64,000 nucleotides of DNA, taken from assembly GCF_020745735.1 (NCBI RefSeq), contig NC_083435.1:19343231-19407230 (forward strand). The letters are read 5' to 3'. Numbering within the stretch: the stretch's first letter is position 1; each line of letters opens with the position of its first letter. Shown piece by piece: positions 62,631 through 64,000 of the stretch. The notes under the pieces are model-generated. The model was given only the letters and a program-made list of their open reading frames with translations. It made no database searches and was not told the DNA's origin. The stretch comes from Hemiscyllium ocellatum (lineage: Eukaryota). Made by a program: the position numbers and the translations under genes.

Positions 62631-64000
62631 GTTTGACCTTTTTTACAAATTTCCCTTCCATTGCTGCTAAATCTATTCTTTTTGCTGGCAAATGTCTAGT
62701 GCTAGGCCAGTCTGCTTGTAATTTTGAGTGCTGTATTTTACTCAGACTTGAACTCCCACTTACCAGTACAGAGGTTCACTGAGGCCACCTATTTCCACCC
62801 ATATCACACCTGCCTCAGCTCACGCCCTGTTGAAACATACAATCATACCTTTGTAACCCCTGGTCCTTATTATCCCAAAGCACATTTTTTCAGCTTCCCA
62901 CATGCTGCCGTCTGTAAACCTGAGGTCACCTATAACTCTGATACTCATGTTATCCGTAGCACTAAGTACTGTCCCACCAACAATGTTCACTAAACTCCAT
63001 TAGTACCAAATTAAGCAATGCCTTGATTTTAAAATATTATCTGTGGTTTTAAACTCTCACTGGCATTAGCACTCCTTATCTCAATAATTGTCTTCAGCTC
63101 CACAACCCTGAGATATCTGGACTCTAATTCTGGATCTGGAATTCCCTCCTTACATCTGATCTCTCAACTTCTCCAGTTGCTTCTTAAAATCTACTTCTTT
63201 CACTGAGCATTTAGTCATCCGCTTCATTATCTCTACATTACATCTTGTATTGTGATGTCCCTGTGAAGCACCTGGAGACTTTTATACAGGACACTATACA
63301 AATACAACTTGTTGCTCTACATTGAATAACCTGGTCTGATTTTAAACTTATACCTAGTTGTCCTAACCACTTCACCAGCGGAAAGACCTTCTCTCTAACA
63401 TATTATCAAAGTCCTAAATACCTCAATGAATCATATCCTTAGAAACCTGCTAACATTGTGATGAATGTACACTACACTCCTTTCAAATTCAATTTATATT
63501 TTCTAAATAGAGATGTCCAGAATATACAGAGCACTCCAGTTATGGCCTAACTATTGCTTTGCAGAACTCAAGCTAAATTTATAGTATCACCTTTCAGATA
63601 TAAAGACCAATATTCCACTCGCATTTTTTGCACATTTTTGATAATGTTAAAATATGGACATGGATCTCTAAAGCGCTTTTAAACTCCACCGTTTCCAACT
63701 TTTCAGCATTTGAACCATAATCAGACTTCTCAATTTTAATCCAAAACTACACTTAATAACTCTGCTTATAAAGCTAAGGATTCCACATGCTCCTTTTTTT
63801 TAAAAAAAAAACTTGTCTTACCACCTTCAAACACATCTGCATATTAAGAAAATTTCATGAATTAAATAAATGCCAGAGTGTCCCAGTAACGATACAACTT
63901 TTGCACAAAGACATTACTATACTAGAATATTTAGGTTCTTTGCTGAAACGTCATGTCATCCTCGACCGAGAAAGCCAGTGGATGAGACAAATCATATGAC

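Noticed and set aside
60543-64000. RING/B-box and first coiled-coil exons of the TRIM
   Set aside because: No Cys/His RING or B-box pattern and no suitable exon found; this stretch is mostly LINE debris, so they probably lie beyond the window.

Overview
This is repeat-dense vertebrate genomic DNA. The repeat set (HE1-type SINEs, CR1 LINEs, Penelope-like elements, Tx1/L1 fragments) points to a cartilaginous fish, probably a shark (inference). Three spliced immune-type genes could be assembled by hand from splice sites and reading frames. (1) Gene A, + strand, exons 20277-20352, 24272-24664 and 26192-26376: a receptor with a leader, one CD2/SLAM/CEACAM-like V-set Ig domain lacking the canonical B/F cysteines, an Arg-containing transmembrane segment resembling NKp30 (GVILLLRVS...) and a very short tail, i.e. 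activating-receptor architecture. (2) Gene B, - strand and convergent with A: a CD2/SLAM-like Ig gene with intact leader (41911-41851), V (40367-40074) and TM (33552-33468) exons. Its C2-domain exon (~34357-34090) is dead (AG>GG acceptor, stop, frameshift) and could be skipped in frame. (3) The 3' part of a TRIM/B30.2 gene, - strand: coiled-coil exon 60542-60309, 23-nt exon, 116-nt exon and PRY/SPRY exon 45777-45233; the RING/B-box exons were not found and probably lie beyond the window. The best candidate for a new system is this TRIM-linked, tail-to-tail pair of single-V-domain CD2-like receptors. Also notable are short palindromic Penelope-derived insertions with target-site duplications and a near full-length decayed CR1 in the last TRIM intron. 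Repeat boundaries are approximate; exon coordinates were counted base by base.
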